A stretch of 64,000 nt of DNA from a virus (lineage: Duplodnaviria > Caudoviricetes). The position numbers were made by a program, and so were the translations under genes. Below the pieces are notes generated by a model that had not been told where the DNA came from, searched no databases, and saw nothing but the letters and a program-made list of their open reading frames with translations. Position 1 is the stretch's first letter. Each line of letters starts with the position of its first letter. This document shows positions 41,590 to 51,148 of the stretch, one piece after another. Location of the stretch: IMG/VR virus record IMGVR_UViG_3300047539_000043, positions 6,301 through 70,300 of that record; one strand, 5' to 3'.

Positions 41590-41841
41590 TTATCGAGCGC
41601 TGGTAATGCCCGAACGGGCCGGCAGCGAACCTTGATAACCAAACATTTTTCCGGAGCCGCCCTTGGCAAACTTCTCGCCAGGAGCAGAATCTTGCGTCTT
41701 CCCGGTTTCGGCCGGGGTCTGTTCGCCCGCGGCCTGCTCTCCGAACATGTGGTTTGAATGGCCACCCTTAGCAAATTCGACGTCATGCGAGCGTTCTGTG
41801 GCCTCGGCGCCAGAGTCCCCGCCCTTAAAACCTTTAGCCAT
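41590..41841 (-). CDS. small protein with two FAKGG motifs
   Basis: GAGGG SD before ATG 41841 (MAKGFKGG...). Confidence 0.75.
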   Translation of the reverse strand: MAKGFKGGDSGAEATERSHDVEFAKGGHSNHMFGEQAAGEQTPAETGKTQDSAPGEKFAKGGSGKMFGYQGSLPARSGITSAR

Positions 41842-41884
41842 AGTTCCCTCCATAAGGATTATGGGGGATCCTAGCATGCAAGGG

Positions 41885-41899
41885 TTAACCGCCTCTTAA
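41885..41899. promoter_or_regulatory. CtrA-type box (perfect)
   Basis: TTAA-ccgcctc-TTAA (TTAA-N7-TTAAC on minus), in the intergenic gap upstream of the head operon. Confidence 0.72.
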
Positions 41900-41934
41900 G
41901 ATAGGCTATTGCCGCCATAAGGATATTCGGATCG

Positions 41935-42600
41935 TCATGCAAATTCCCCAGCCCTAACGTATGTTGATCCGCAAACCAAACCATTATCCACGATGAGATC
42001 TATCCCGGTACAAAACCGGGACGCATCTGACGCCAAAAACATGACCGCGTCAACAACGACGTCCAGTCCCGCTGTCAAATGGCCTGGAGAAACAGAATTA
42101 ATGCGAACACCAAAGCGGTTTAGCTCGGGAGCCAAACTATACGTCAAAGCAATCAGGGCGGCTTTAGATACAGCATATGGCACACGACCATCACCGAAAC
42201 CTCGATAGGCGGCAACGGAAGCAATATTTATGATACTGCCACTAGGTGACATCCTAGGAAGCACATGACGAATATTGGTTACCGCGGCGACGACATGAAG
42301 ATTGAATTGGTGCATGAACGCAAATGGGTCTGTAGTCAGTATACCGTCGTAGCGGCCGGCCAATCCCGCGTTGTTAACAAGAACGTCGATATATCCAGGA
42401 GCTCGCTTAATAGTTCGAGCAATATCATCTGGGACCGTCACATCGGCTTGAACATAAGTTGCCCCAGTGTCGGCCGCAATCTTATCGCCAAGATCCTGTC
42501 GTCGACCATTGAATATAACGCAAGCGCCTTCAGCTGCGAGCCTTCTGACCAGGGCCTCGCCAATACCACTGGTTCCCCCAGTTACGAGTGCGGTTTTCAT
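41935..42600 (-). CDS. short-chain dehydrogenase/reductase (SDR)
   Basis: TGGTSGIG, DVLVNNAG, IINIAS, YAVSK, INSVSPG; the substrate-binding loop looks shortened. Confidence 0.92.
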   Translation of the reverse strand: MKTALVTGGTSGIGEALVRRLAAEGACVIFNGRRQDLGDKIAADTGATYVQADVTVPDDIARTIKRAPGYIDVLVNNAGLAGRYDGILTTDPFAFMHQFNLHVVAAVTNIRHVLPRMSPSGSIINIASVAAYRGFGDGRVPYAVSKAALIALTYSLAPELNRFGVRINSVSPGHLTAGLDVVVDAVMFLASDASRFCTGIDLIVDNGLVCGSTYVRAGEFA

Positions 42601-42743
42601 GGTTTTCTCATTTCTTCGTTCAGCCTATGCCTGTTGCGCTTCTTCCAGCGGCTGCATGCCGCGGCATGCCGGACGGCATAGCCCGGCCGTCGCGTGTAAC
42701 TCTTAAGATACGCTCGTTGCTTCGCGGGGTCTTTATAGGGCAT
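42597..42743 (-). CDS. 48-aa Arg-rich ORF resembling an HNH N-terminus (not in ORF track)
   Basis: MPYKDPAKQRAYLKSY...RWKKRNRHRLNEEMRKP; TGATG and ATGA coupling at both ends. Confidence 0.55.
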   Translation of the reverse strand: MPYKDPAKQRAYLKSYTRRPGYAVRHAAACSRWKKRNRHRLNEEMRKP

Positions 42744-43438
42744 CACAAGTCCTTGTAGTCGCGGGCGCCGCGATCAAGGACCAACACGTTGTGCAGGTTG
42801 CCCTGATACGTTGTGTGGCCCCATTCGTCCGGAGCAATGACACGATCTTTCTCGACGACAAAAACCTTGTGACCTGCCCGCAAGGTCTGCTGCGTGAGAT
42901 TGTTAGGGCCATGCTCAAAATTAAGCGCCCCGGCTCTGGATGGGTCTATCCAGTCGAATTGGCTTGCAATCGTAGCGTAACGTACACGATCAATCAGGAA
43001 CGCCGTATCTCGTATGTGAGGGGTCGCCTCACGAGAGCCGGTGCAGCCAACCAGCTCAACTCTGAACCAACCGAATACATCATGCAGCTTTTTCAGCCAC
43101 ATGTCATGCATTATCTCGCTGGACGAGTTGAGCGGACATATGATGTCTTCATTGACGTCGTCACAAATATCGGTACACCCGGCAGTAGTTTTCGAATCCA
43201 GATGCTTTAAAAGTTCAACCGGCTTCAATGGCGCAAATTGATCGCGCGCCCAGTCCAAATCTTCCGGGGTCGCAAACTCCTTGTAGAAAATATAAAGCTT
43301 GTGGGCAATCCCGGGCGAATATTTTCGATAGGACTCGACAAACCTGGGGAACCGCGCCCGCCAATTTGGGGGCCCAGAGCCAACGTCGCTGCCACGCGCA
43401 GTATAGACGACACCAATGTCAGATTGGGCGAGCGGCAT
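42743..43438 (-). CDS. putative glycosyltransferase-like protein
   Basis: IGVVYTAR...F..SY..Y..G..HKL, LNSSSEI, LVG.TGS...PHIR.TAFLI; context within the glyco island. Confidence 0.5.
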   Translation of the reverse strand: MPLAQSDIGVVYTARGSDVGSGPPNWRARFPRFVESYRKYSPGIAHKLYIFYKEFATPEDLDWARDQFAPLKPVELLKHLDSKTTAGCTDICDDVNEDIICPLNSSSEIMHDMWLKKLHDVFGWFRVELVGCTGSREATPHIRDTAFLIDRVRYATIASQFDWIDPSRAGALNFEHGPNNLTQQTLRAGHKVFVVEKDRVIAPDEWGHTTYQGNLHNVLVLDRGARDYKDL

Positions 43439-44024
43439 GGTGGGCCCCCATCCAGTAGGGGTCGTAAACGCCAGTCGCTTTACTCAGATGCATCGTGATC
43501 CAGTCTTGCCGATACGGTTGCTCAATACTCTGATACCGGGAGTCGTGGACCGGGGTCACGCCGGCTGCGCGCAATACACTGCCAACCCATCGATCTTCAT
43601 AATCGAGAACAGGTTTTGCGTCAGCAACAATCTCCATGGCGGGCTTGCTCAACCAATACCCGGATCCGCCGCCAATATGACCCTCATCTGCCTGAAAACC
43701 GGTGTAATCCAATTTCTCATAGCCGGAAGCAAGCAGCCGCGGCACGAGGATGTAGCAGTCGGTAGGCATATTAAACACATGATCATAGCCATGCTCCAGG
43801 GCCCACTGAACGCCCAGATGTGTCTTAAACACACACTCCATAAAGCCCGTGGGAGCGTCAACGATGATCTCGTCCGGCGCGCATGCGTCTTTATAGTCTC
43901 GGTCGTAGACAAACATATGCGGGATCAAATGGCCCCACTCCTTGAGATAGGTTACGCGGCAGACATCCTGGTCCCCGCGGGCCTTATAGCCCTGATATGC
44001 TGCAAGCAGAATGATCGGGTTCAT
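43419..44024 (-). CDS. GT31/Fringe-like glycosyltransferase (putative)
   Basis: KT...VQWAL..GYDHVF..PTDCYI, GGGSGYWLS..AM, YEDRWVG. Confidence 0.7.
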   Translation of the reverse strand: MNPIILLAAYQGYKARGDQDVCRVTYLKEWGHLIPHMFVYDRDYKDACAPDEIIVDAPTGFMECVFKTHLGVQWALEHGYDHVFNMPTDCYILVPRLLASGYEKLDYTGFQADEGHIGGGSGYWLSKPAMEIVADAKPVLDYEDRWVGSVLRAAGVTPVHDSRYQSIEQPYRQDWITMHLSKATGVYDPYWMGAHHAARPI

Positions 44025-44749
44025 TTGGCATCCCAACATCGCAATAACGGGACCTCTACCACACTTAACTTGGATGCGTCAAGCCACAAGGAAAACATGC
44101 GCTCAGATATGTACGCCATAGGCCGCGCAATATACGCCGCATCATGCGCGTCAAGAGACATTATACACGGCCGCATGGCTTCGGCATGAGTCCACCACCA
44201 CTCCATGTAGCGCCGAAAGACAGGCGCGCGCGTCACGAAATGCATGGGGCGAATGAACGGCGTCTGGGGGTGAAAGACGCCGGCTTCCTTCATAACGTCT
44301 TCAAAAACTTCCCAGTCCATCGGTGAACGAGACCGTTGAAAATCTACCCCCATGTCAATGTTGTAGGAGCAATCAAATGGGGGCGCCACGATCATATCGC
44401 ATTCTGCCATGAGCTCCTGAATGCTCTGGCCGTCATATTGGGACAGCCACGTTTGATATTCGCGAAACTCTTTTAGTGGTGTATCATGCCATTCTGGCTT
44501 TTCATACAAAAGCGGCCGGCGCAAATCGAGGAATTTGCGGTATCCATGGAACCCGATGATGTCCAGGTCGTCGCGGTTCTTCCAGATCCAATACGGCGCT
44601 CGCATATCGGCGTACGTTGTCAAGTCCGGAATACCGTCCCCAATGCGATCGTGCAGCCCGCAGACAAACTCTTTAGATATTCCGCCGAACGGTGCCTTCT
44701 GAAGTCCGACATGATTATAGTTGATGGAATAAATCTCGATCTTACGCAT
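44021..44749 (-). CDS. DUF4422-like glycosyltransferase
   Basis: YWIWKN.DDLDIIGFHGYRKFL, HFVTRA.VF..Y..WW, R.MAYISERMFSLWL. Confidence 0.72.
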   Translation of the reverse strand: MRKIEIYSINYNHVGLQKAPFGGISKEFVCGLHDRIGDGIPDLTTYADMRAPYWIWKNRDDLDIIGFHGYRKFLDLRRPLLYEKPEWHDTPLKEFREYQTWLSQYDGQSIQELMAECDMIVAPPFDCSYNIDMGVDFQRSRSPMDWEVFEDVMKEAGVFHPQTPFIRPMHFVTRAPVFRRYMEWWWTHAEAMRPCIMSLDAHDAAYIARPMAYISERMFSLWLDASKLSVVEVPLLRCWDAK

Positions 44750-45422
44750 AATTTCCAAACTGGCTAGCGTTATGATCCGCCTGATACCAACGGAACGGCG
44801 TCTTTCGCAAATATGGCTCAACGCGCGCCATGGTGTTAACTTCAAAAGTCACACGTTTCATTAACCGAATGTATAGACGTGCCGTTGCTTGTACACACTC
44901 TACCAGCTGCCGCATGTTATCCCGGGGCACGATCATCAATGACCCCAAAAACCGCCAGCTTGGATACTCGTCTATCGGTTCCGAATTGGGCGCCCAGCAT
45001 CCTGGAAAAGCAAAATCTCCTTTCCGAATGCGGCTGAGAAAACCGCGAATGACCTCCGCACTCATTCCTGGCTGAGAAAATATCCCGTAGTCTATCCAGA
45101 TAAACGTGTCCGATTCACTATCCTTAGCAGCAGCGCGCGCGAGCCACGTAAACTTTTCATATTGCACGCAATGAAACTCTAAGGAATTTTTGCGTGGGTT
45201 ATCACCTTTGCTCCAAGTCAATGGCGGCTCCATAGGAGGGAGCGTTTCAAGAAATTGTGTCAACCACAATTCTGGTATCTTGGAATAATAAACAGCCAGC
45301 GGGTGGTCACCCAGCGCATCACTTAGCTTATACCCCAGCTTGCCATAGGTCTCCGCGGATCGAGGGTGGTCTGGCAAGGGAACATAGCCGGTAACAACGC
45401 GGGTTTTAGCTAATTTACTCAT
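44742..45422 (-). CDS. HtrL/WlaTC-like glycosyltransferase (putative)
   Basis: VVTGY, VQYEKF.WL..AA.....DTFIWIDYGIF, WRFLGS..IVP, TFEVN. Confidence 0.65.
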   Translation of the reverse strand: MSKLAKTRVVTGYVPLPDHPRSAETYGKLGYKLSDALGDHPLAVYYSKIPELWLTQFLETLPPMEPPLTWSKGDNPRKNSLEFHCVQYEKFTWLARAAAKDSESDTFIWIDYGIFSQPGMSAEVIRGFLSRIRKGDFAFPGCWAPNSEPIDEYPSWRFLGSLMIVPRDNMRQLVECVQATARLYIRLMKRVTFEVNTMARVEPYLRKTPFRWYQADHNASQFGNYA

Positions 45423-45970
45423 CGATCCACCGAATCACTTCCTCCGAATCTACGGTCGCCAGGCGCGCCTCGCAGTCCTTGAAGCCATAGGAAATAATCA
45501 AGCGCTTGCCGTCCGGATGCCAGCACAACCCCATCGCATACTCGATGGTCTTTTCGTGGAACCCAAAAGGCTTGCTAATCTTGACGATGTTAAAAGCTGC
45601 GTCCCATGACACGAACCTGTGCAATAATAGTCGCGGGTTGAGCCCCAGGAATCTGCCTCGCCTCGTGGACGATCGCAAGATACCCTTGATGAAATGGGAT
45701 CACTTGGCGAACCGCCACCAAGAGCACCTATATCCCGTGGGCACTCAAATTTCAAATTAGACCATGGCCATCCGTTATTCGTCATTACATCTATACATCC
45801 AAGCGATGCGAATGATCAAGGATCGGCATCCAATTCTTCTCACAAGCACGCGGCTCATGCACCAAACGCTTCATGTTTTCCAGATACCATTAGCGGTCGA
45901 TCATCAACACAGACTTGCTCCGGCAAGCCGTCCTGCCGCAGCTGGCGCACAGTCGCAGAAGCAAAAAGAA
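45415..45970 (-). pseudogene. multiply frameshifted C-terminal beta-propeller (glycoside hydrolase-like) region of the GT2-TPR gene
   Basis: Consecutive homologous-looking blocks SATVRQLRQDGLPEQV / EPRACEKNWMPI / WMYRC / FECP..IGALGGGSP / VIPFHQGYLAIVHEA / HRFVSWD..EYAMGL lie in alternating frames. Could be sequencing error. Confidence 0.6.
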
Positions 45971-47428
45971 TATGCCGACATGGAACAAACGCATATCCTC
46001 CAGCCCGACAACGAGCGGATACGCCGGGGGATCTGGCATCACGTCTTCATGGTCCAATTCCTGCAAATGCGGATTATTAAAATCAACGTCAGCATCTAGA
46101 TCCTCTCCGAAACGATAAAGGAAATTGCGTGTATTGATCGGGTTCGTGTTGTTGACCGACCCGTCCGCGAGCCCACGGATCAGATAGCGGCCATATTCAT
46201 CAATTCGATAGTTAACCGTACGGATGATCGCCAAGAGTTCGCCGTCGCGATTGATGATCGATGGGTTGAGCGGGATCCAGTTCTCTTCCGGCGTAAAATC
46301 GATCTTCTTCCACTCGAACGACGGGCAGACCTCTTTCAGCATCGGATAATAGTGGAAGATGTTTGTGCGGTTGAGCTCGCGAGAGAACCCATACGGGCCC
46401 TTCTTCAACGTGAGCTCGTTACAAATGTCAAAACCCTTAGCACGCTTATCCGGTACATAGAACGCTGCTATTGCAAACTCGTCTTTGCTGCCACAGTCAT
46501 AGGCATAGTCGTTCACAAAGAGAGCGTCTTTGGTGTGCGGGATATCCATGGCACGCTCGGCATAGAGTACAGCGAGAGGGTTCTGGCCTTTCTCGCGATA
46601 AAATTTGGCAAGTTCCCAAAGCGGTTCGACACGGTGCGGGCGCATGTTATACGCGGCTTGCATGTTGTACAGATACCCGGCATGGTCTCCCATCATGCCA
46701 AGACACTGGGCGTAGGACAATTGCGCGTGCCACACTTCCTCGTCCCATCCGCCTGCCTCGACCCGGCGCTTGTACCACTTGGCGGCCTTCTCTGGCTTAC
46801 CGGCATCGCGAAGAGACTGAGCAAGATAGTACATATAACGTTCATTCGGCTTCTTCTTTGCCTTCTTATCTGCCTCCATTGCGTCCTTAAGCAACTTGAT
46901 GTCGCGCTTGAATTTCTCGGGCCGGTTCGAACCGTCCGCATGATCTACGAAGAACGCCTTCTCAGGTGAGATACAGCCGCCGGTCGGTAGGTTACAGTAT
47001 TCATGAGTAACCCCCATGTATTGCCCTGTTGTTCCGGCTTTAACAAGCCGGCGGTTCTGATACTTGAGCGTCCCCGCAACCTGGTACATGTCGTAGGATT
47101 CCCCGGTCACACCATCAAGCCACGTTGGATCGAGCACCTTCAATTCCATATCCGCATCGATCAACAACTGGTAATCATAAGGAATAGGGGCGTGTCGACC
47201 GGCCTCCAGGGCGACGTTACGCGCCTGGGACCAGTCATGAAACGGGGCCTTCCCGATCAAACCTGGGATCTTCAGGTTGTCAAAGAACCGCGTAATTTTA
47301 TCAATCGTATCGTCGGTCGAGCCAGTATCGACAATTACCCATGAGCTTATGTGCGGCGCAACGCTTTCCAACATTCGTAGAATGCGCGCGGACTCATTCT
47401 TCACAATGCAATTGAGCTGCAGCTTCAT
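45890..47428 (-). CDS. GT2 glycosyltransferase with TPR repeats and start of a beta-propeller domain
   Basis: LNCIVKNES..I.RMLES, IVDTGSTD.T, F.DWSQARN.AL, LLIDADMEL, GVTHEY, RY.YYLAQS.RD, LNPSI, GLEDMRLF. Confidence 0.9.
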   Translation of the reverse strand: MKLQLNCIVKNESARILRMLESVAPHISSWVIVDTGSTDDTIDKITRFFDNLKIPGLIGKAPFHDWSQARNVALEAGRHAPIPYDYQLLIDADMELKVLDPTWLDGVTGESYDMYQVAGTLKYQNRRLVKAGTTGQYMGVTHEYCNLPTGGCISPEKAFFVDHADGSNRPEKFKRDIKLLKDAMEADKKAKKKPNERYMYYLAQSLRDAGKPEKAAKWYKRRVEAGGWDEEVWHAQLSYAQCLGMMGDHAGYLYNMQAAYNMRPHRVEPLWELAKFYREKGQNPLAVLYAERAMDIPHTKDALFVNDYAYDCGSKDEFAIAAFYVPDKRAKGFDICNELTLKKGPYGFSRELNRTNIFHYYPMLKEVCPSFEWKKIDFTPEENWIPLNPSIINRDGELLAIIRTVNYRIDEYGRYLIRGLADGSVNNTNPINTRNFLYRFGEDLDADVDFNNPHLQELDHEDVMPDPPAYPLVVGLEDMRLFHVGIFFLLLRLCASCGRTACRSKSVLMIDR

Positions 47429-48654
47429 CAGAAAATCTCCAAATCTGGAATAACCACCACGAAGCGCCCGCCCCACTCCCGGACGCGATCCCCAATCCGG
47501 CCGGCGATTTCTTCCTTCAAATTCCACGGGAACAGCAACACATAATCCGGCTTATCAATAAACAGGTGGTCCTCGTGGAAAATCGGTATCTGAACGCCCG
47601 GGATATATTTGCCCTGCTTGTACGGCGTCGTGTCCACCACGTACGGCAGCATATCCGTTCCAACGCCACAATAGTTCAGCAACGTCGTCGCCTTAGCGGG
47701 GGCACCATATCCCCCCACTGTGGAACCGGCACGATGCGCGTCTATCAAAAAGTCCAGCAGATCGCACTTAGTTTCGGTTACCCGTCTCGAAAAACCGGCA
47801 TATGTGCGGTCCTTGTCAAATCCAAAAAGTACTTCTTCCTTCAAGATCTCATATCCGCTACCGTCAGACTCACGAGGATCCCCAAAATGTGCAACAACCA
47901 GCCGTAGAGAACCGCCCAGGTTCGGCAACTTTTCAACTCGGACTACCTTGATGGCGTGTTGCCCGAGGATATCCATCGCCGTGTGCAGCCAGTAATACGA
48001 AAAATGTTCATGATAGATCGTGTCGAACTGCCGGTCCTTGATCAGGTTCAACAGATGCGGGAACTCGATCGTCGCGGTGCCGTTCTTCTTCAACAGGATC
48101 CTTATGCCTTCCACGAAGTCGTGAACGTCGGGCACATGAGCAAATACGTTATTGGCAATGATGAGATCCGCGCCGTCGCTTTGCGCTATAAACGTGGCCG
48201 TCTTCACACTAAAGAATTCGACAAGGGTAGAAACGCCTTTATTCTGGGCGATGAGAGCGACATTCGCAGAGGGCTCTACCCCCAGCACCTTGATGCCGCG
48301 CTTCTGGAAATACTGCAGAAGATAGCCGTCGTTGCTGGCTATTTCCACTACAAATGGATCTTTGCAAAACGCCAGCTCTGCGAACATGCTCTCAGCGTAG
48401 TGCCCGCATTGCGCCAAAAATCCCTTCGAGTTCGAAGAGAAATAGGCATAATGCTCGTTGAAAATCTCTTTCGGCGTAACAATCGCCGGCAGCTGCACGA
48501 GCCAGCATTTCTCACACACGTAGGCGTGCAAGGGATAAATCGCCTCGCCTTGGTCGACCTGATTCTCATCCAAGAGCGCGTTGGAGAGCGGCGAGCGGCC
48601 GAGATCGGCAAAGGTCAAGGATAGGGGAGAACTACAGTTGCGGCACAAATGCAT
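47428..48654 (-). CDS. NDP-sugar C-methyltransferase (class I SAM)
   Basis: CRNC...DLG.SPLSN, YPL..YVC..C.LVQL, VVEIASNDGYLL, FDTIYHEHFSY, GYGAPAKATTLLNYCG. Confidence 0.92.
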   Translation of the reverse strand: MHLCRNCSSPLSLTFADLGRSPLSNALLDENQVDQGEAIYPLHAYVCEKCWLVQLPAIVTPKEIFNEHYAYFSSNSKGFLAQCGHYAESMFAELAFCKDPFVVEIASNDGYLLQYFQKRGIKVLGVEPSANVALIAQNKGVSTLVEFFSVKTATFIAQSDGADLIIANNVFAHVPDVHDFVEGIRILLKKNGTATIEFPHLLNLIKDRQFDTIYHEHFSYYWLHTAMDILGQHAIKVVRVEKLPNLGGSLRLVVAHFGDPRESDGSGYEILKEEVLFGFDKDRTYAGFSRRVTETKCDLLDFLIDAHRAGSTVGGYGAPAKATTLLNYCGVGTDMLPYVVDTTPYKQGKYIPGVQIPIFHEDHLFIDKPDYVLLFPWNLKEEIAGRIGDRVREWGGRFVVVIPDLEIF

Positions 48655-48702
48655 AGGGGGACCTCATCGATCCCCCCTGCATACCACCCGGCCTTCCAAG
48701 TG

Positions 48703-48951
48703 TCAAGCTGGTCCGGTATACCCAGAAATATATACCGTCTCAAAGCCGGGACTAAAGGGGCCGGCCCCGGTCGCGGCTGCGATAACTGTTGGGTACTCGT
48801 TGTGAAGGGGATTAGCCGCAGGACCAGTGGCCTGCAGCATAGTCTTCCATTGGTGCTGCGGATGTGGGGCAGTAGAAATGTTAACCGTCTTGCACCGCGT
48901 GGCGCGATCGACCGACGAGTTAGCGATAACCCGCACCATTTTGTTAGACAT
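48703..48951 (-). CDS. small protein with TGP motifs
   Basis: [12 protein letters not shown]...ATGP...YTGPA; TAATG overlap. Confidence 0.6.
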   Translation of the reverse strand: MSNKMVRVIANSSVDRATRCKTVNISTAPHPQHQWKTMLQATGPAANPLHNEYPTVIAAATGAGPFSPGFETVYISGYTGPA

Positions 48952-49784
48952 TATCCAGCGCCCGGGAACCCTGGCGATACGAAGATCGCTGTGTTTCCAC
49001 CAGACGGTTGCCACCACACGGCTCCCGGTACCTGCGGGTCAACCGTCGGCGGGAAGAAGACCGTGTTGGCGACCGGACCCATCGGGCCATCCGGACCACC
49101 CTTTTGCGGGATCGCTGCTAGAGCATAGCCGCTGAGACCGGTCTGTCCGGTATAGCCAGAGTATCCGAAGCCAGGCGCGAGGCCCGCGGCCCCCCAATAT
49201 TGACCGTACGGCCCTGTTACGCCAGTGCCGGCGCCGGTGGCATACCAATTGTATTCAAGCGTACCGGTGAGGCCAGTAGGCCCCGTAGGACCGGTCATAT
49301 TGCTAGCCCCTTGCGGTCCAGTCACGCCAGTCACGCCCGTAACACCCGTAGGCCCAGTTCCTGCGCCATACGTAGGCCCGGTCGGACCCGGCGAATTGGC
49401 GGGGCCTTGAGGTCCCGTAACACCAGTAGCGCCCGTATTACCCGTCGCGCCGGTTGGGCCCAGCGGACCAACAGGACCGCTAATGCCCGGATAACCGGCA
49501 GGGCCAGTGACGCCCATGCTGCCAGGTCCTTGCGGACCAGTCGGGCCAAGATAACCAATGACGGCCCCCACCAACGTGCCGCCAGATATCAATCGCACAT
49601 ACAAGCCGCCGGTCGGACCAGTCGGACCAGTAGAAGTGGCAGCGCCAGTCAAGCCCGTAGAGCCGGCTGGGCCAGTCACCTGGCCGGTGTTGATAGCATG
49701 CGCAACCTGCAGCATGACGGCTGACAATTGATTGTCATCGTAGCTGTCAGGCGCTTCATTCGGCAGTTCGATATACGTCGCCAT
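48951..49784 (-). CDS. GPT collagen-like protein, paralogue 3 (putative head fibre)
   Basis: [20 protein letters not shown] repeats, [16 protein letters not shown]. Confidence 0.85.
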   Translation of the reverse strand: MATYIELPNEAPDSYDDNQLSAVMLQVAHAINTGQVTGPAGSTGLTGAATSTGPTGPTGGLYVRLISGGTLVGAVIGYLGPTGPQGPGSMGVTGPAGYPGISGPVGPLGPTGATGNTGATGVTGPQGPANSPGPTGPTYGAGTGPTGVTGVTGVTGPQGASNMTGPTGPTGLTGTLEYNWYATGAGTGVTGPYGQYWGAAGLAPGFGYSGYTGQTGLSGYALAAIPQKGGPDGPMGPVANTVFFPPTVDPQVPGAVWWQPSGGNTAIFVSPGFPGAG

Positions 49785-49786
49785 GT

Positions 49787-50398
49787 TTATGTCCCCGGCC
49801 CAAGCGAGATCACTAGCGTGGTGCCAGTAGCCCACATTTGCCCAGTCACACCCGGGCTAGTTGTTGGAGGATTGAAAATCGAAAAACTGCGACCCGTCGG
49901 ACCAGCGTTCCCCGTAACACCCGTCGGACCCATAACACCTTGCGGACCAGGCGGCCCTGTTAGGCCAATCAAGCCGGTCGCGCCAGTTGGACCAGTATTC
50001 CCGACATACGTACCGGGAGGACCTTTAGGACCTGTGACACCAGTCTGGCCCGTAAAGCCTGTCAAGCCCGCGGGACCAGTAGGACCTTGCGGACCAGCAG
50101 GACCAGGCAAACCATTAGGACCAATGCCACCCGAGAAACCTTGAGCGCCCGTTATGCCAGTTACGCCGCGCGGCCCTGCCGGCGGACCCGGAGGGCCAGC
50201 GGGGCCTGTCAGCGAGCCTCCTGTGGGCCCTGTAGGCCCGGTTACATTAGCAACGCCAGTTGGACCAGTGATACCCGTAGGACCACCAATGCCGCCCGCG
50301 TTAACGGCGGCAACAAGCTGGCCAAGAACCGCGCTGATCTGTTGCTGGTCCAGATTACGGATCTCAGGAATTGGGCCCAACGGAAACGGATTTGCCAT
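49787..50398 (-). CDS. GPT collagen-like protein, paralogue 2
   Basis: [22 protein letters not shown] repeats, [15 protein letters not shown]. Confidence 0.85.
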   Translation of the reverse strand: MANPFPLGPIPEIRNLDQQQISAVLGQLVAAVNAGGIGGPTGITGPTGVANVTGPTGPTGGSLTGPAGPPGPPAGPRGVTGITGAQGFSGGIGPNGLPGPAGPQGPTGPAGLTGFTGQTGVTGPKGPPGTYVGNTGPTGATGLIGLTGPPGPQGVMGPTGVTGNAGPTGRSFSIFNPPTTSPGVTGQMWATGTTLVISLGPGT

Positions 50399-50399
50399 C

Positions 50400-51089
50400 T
50401 TATGTCCCCGGTCCCTTCGATACCATCAACAAACCCGGCGATTGCGTAGATCCGGTCCCATATGGTGAAACTGGACTAAACCAAACCAGACCCGTATTGC
50501 CCGGGCTCGAGGTCGGCGGAATGAAAAGTTGTGCTGTCGCGCCCGCGTATCCGGCCGCGGCCGGTAACCCTGACATCGAGAATGTTGGTAAACTGATGCC
50601 CGTAGGCCCAGTAGAACCCGTCGGACCAACGAACCCAATGTACCCGCGGGGGCCGGTCAATCCGGTATATCCGGTGGTTCCTGTTGGGCCTGTGAGCCCT
50701 TGCGGACCAGCAGGACCAGACGCGGTACCTGTGACGCCTGTCGGGCCTGTATTGCCGCCGCCGGGGCCCGTTACGCCCGCGATACCCGCCGGGCTTCCGC
50801 CCGTGTTACCGGTGTATCCTGTCTGGCCAGTAGAACCCTGGGGACCCTGATAACCTAAAGGGCCAGCCGCGCCGGTTGATGTCCCGCCCGGGTTCGGTCC
50901 CGTGGGACCGGTAACGCCGGACGATATCGGACCAGCCGGACCTGTCGGTCCTGTACCGGGCCCAGTGAAGCCTGTCGGGCCTGTATTACCGCCCGGAACG
51001 CCGCTGAGAAGCGCCGAGACTACTTGCGCAAGAATCAAACCCCGTTGCGAATGGTCATATTGGAAAGATTGTGTTATGCCAGCGGCCAT
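50400..51089 (-). CDS. GPT collagen-like protein, paralogue 1
   Basis: [22 protein letters not shown] repeats, [15 protein letters not shown]. Confidence 0.85.
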   Translation of the reverse strand: MAAGITQSFQYDHSQRGLILAQVVSALLSGVPGGNTGPTGFTGPGTGPTGPAGPISSGVTGPTGPNPGGTSTGAAGPLGYQGPQGSTGQTGYTGNTGGSPAGIAGVTGPGGGNTGPTGVTGTASGPAGPQGLTGPTGTTGYTGLTGPRGYIGFVGPTGSTGPTGISLPTFSMSGLPAAAGYAGATAQLFIPPTSSPGNTGLVWFSPVSPYGTGSTQSPGLLMVSKGPGT

Positions 51090-51133
51090 TGAAAAAACCC
51101 TTGCAAGGTCTAGATCACGTTATCGGCAGCAAG

Positions 51134-51148
51134 TTACTAATTACTTAA
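51134..51148. promoter_or_regulatory. CtrA-type box (1 mismatch)
   Basis: TTAC-taattac-TTAA, upstream of the collagen/glyco operon. Confidence 0.5.
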
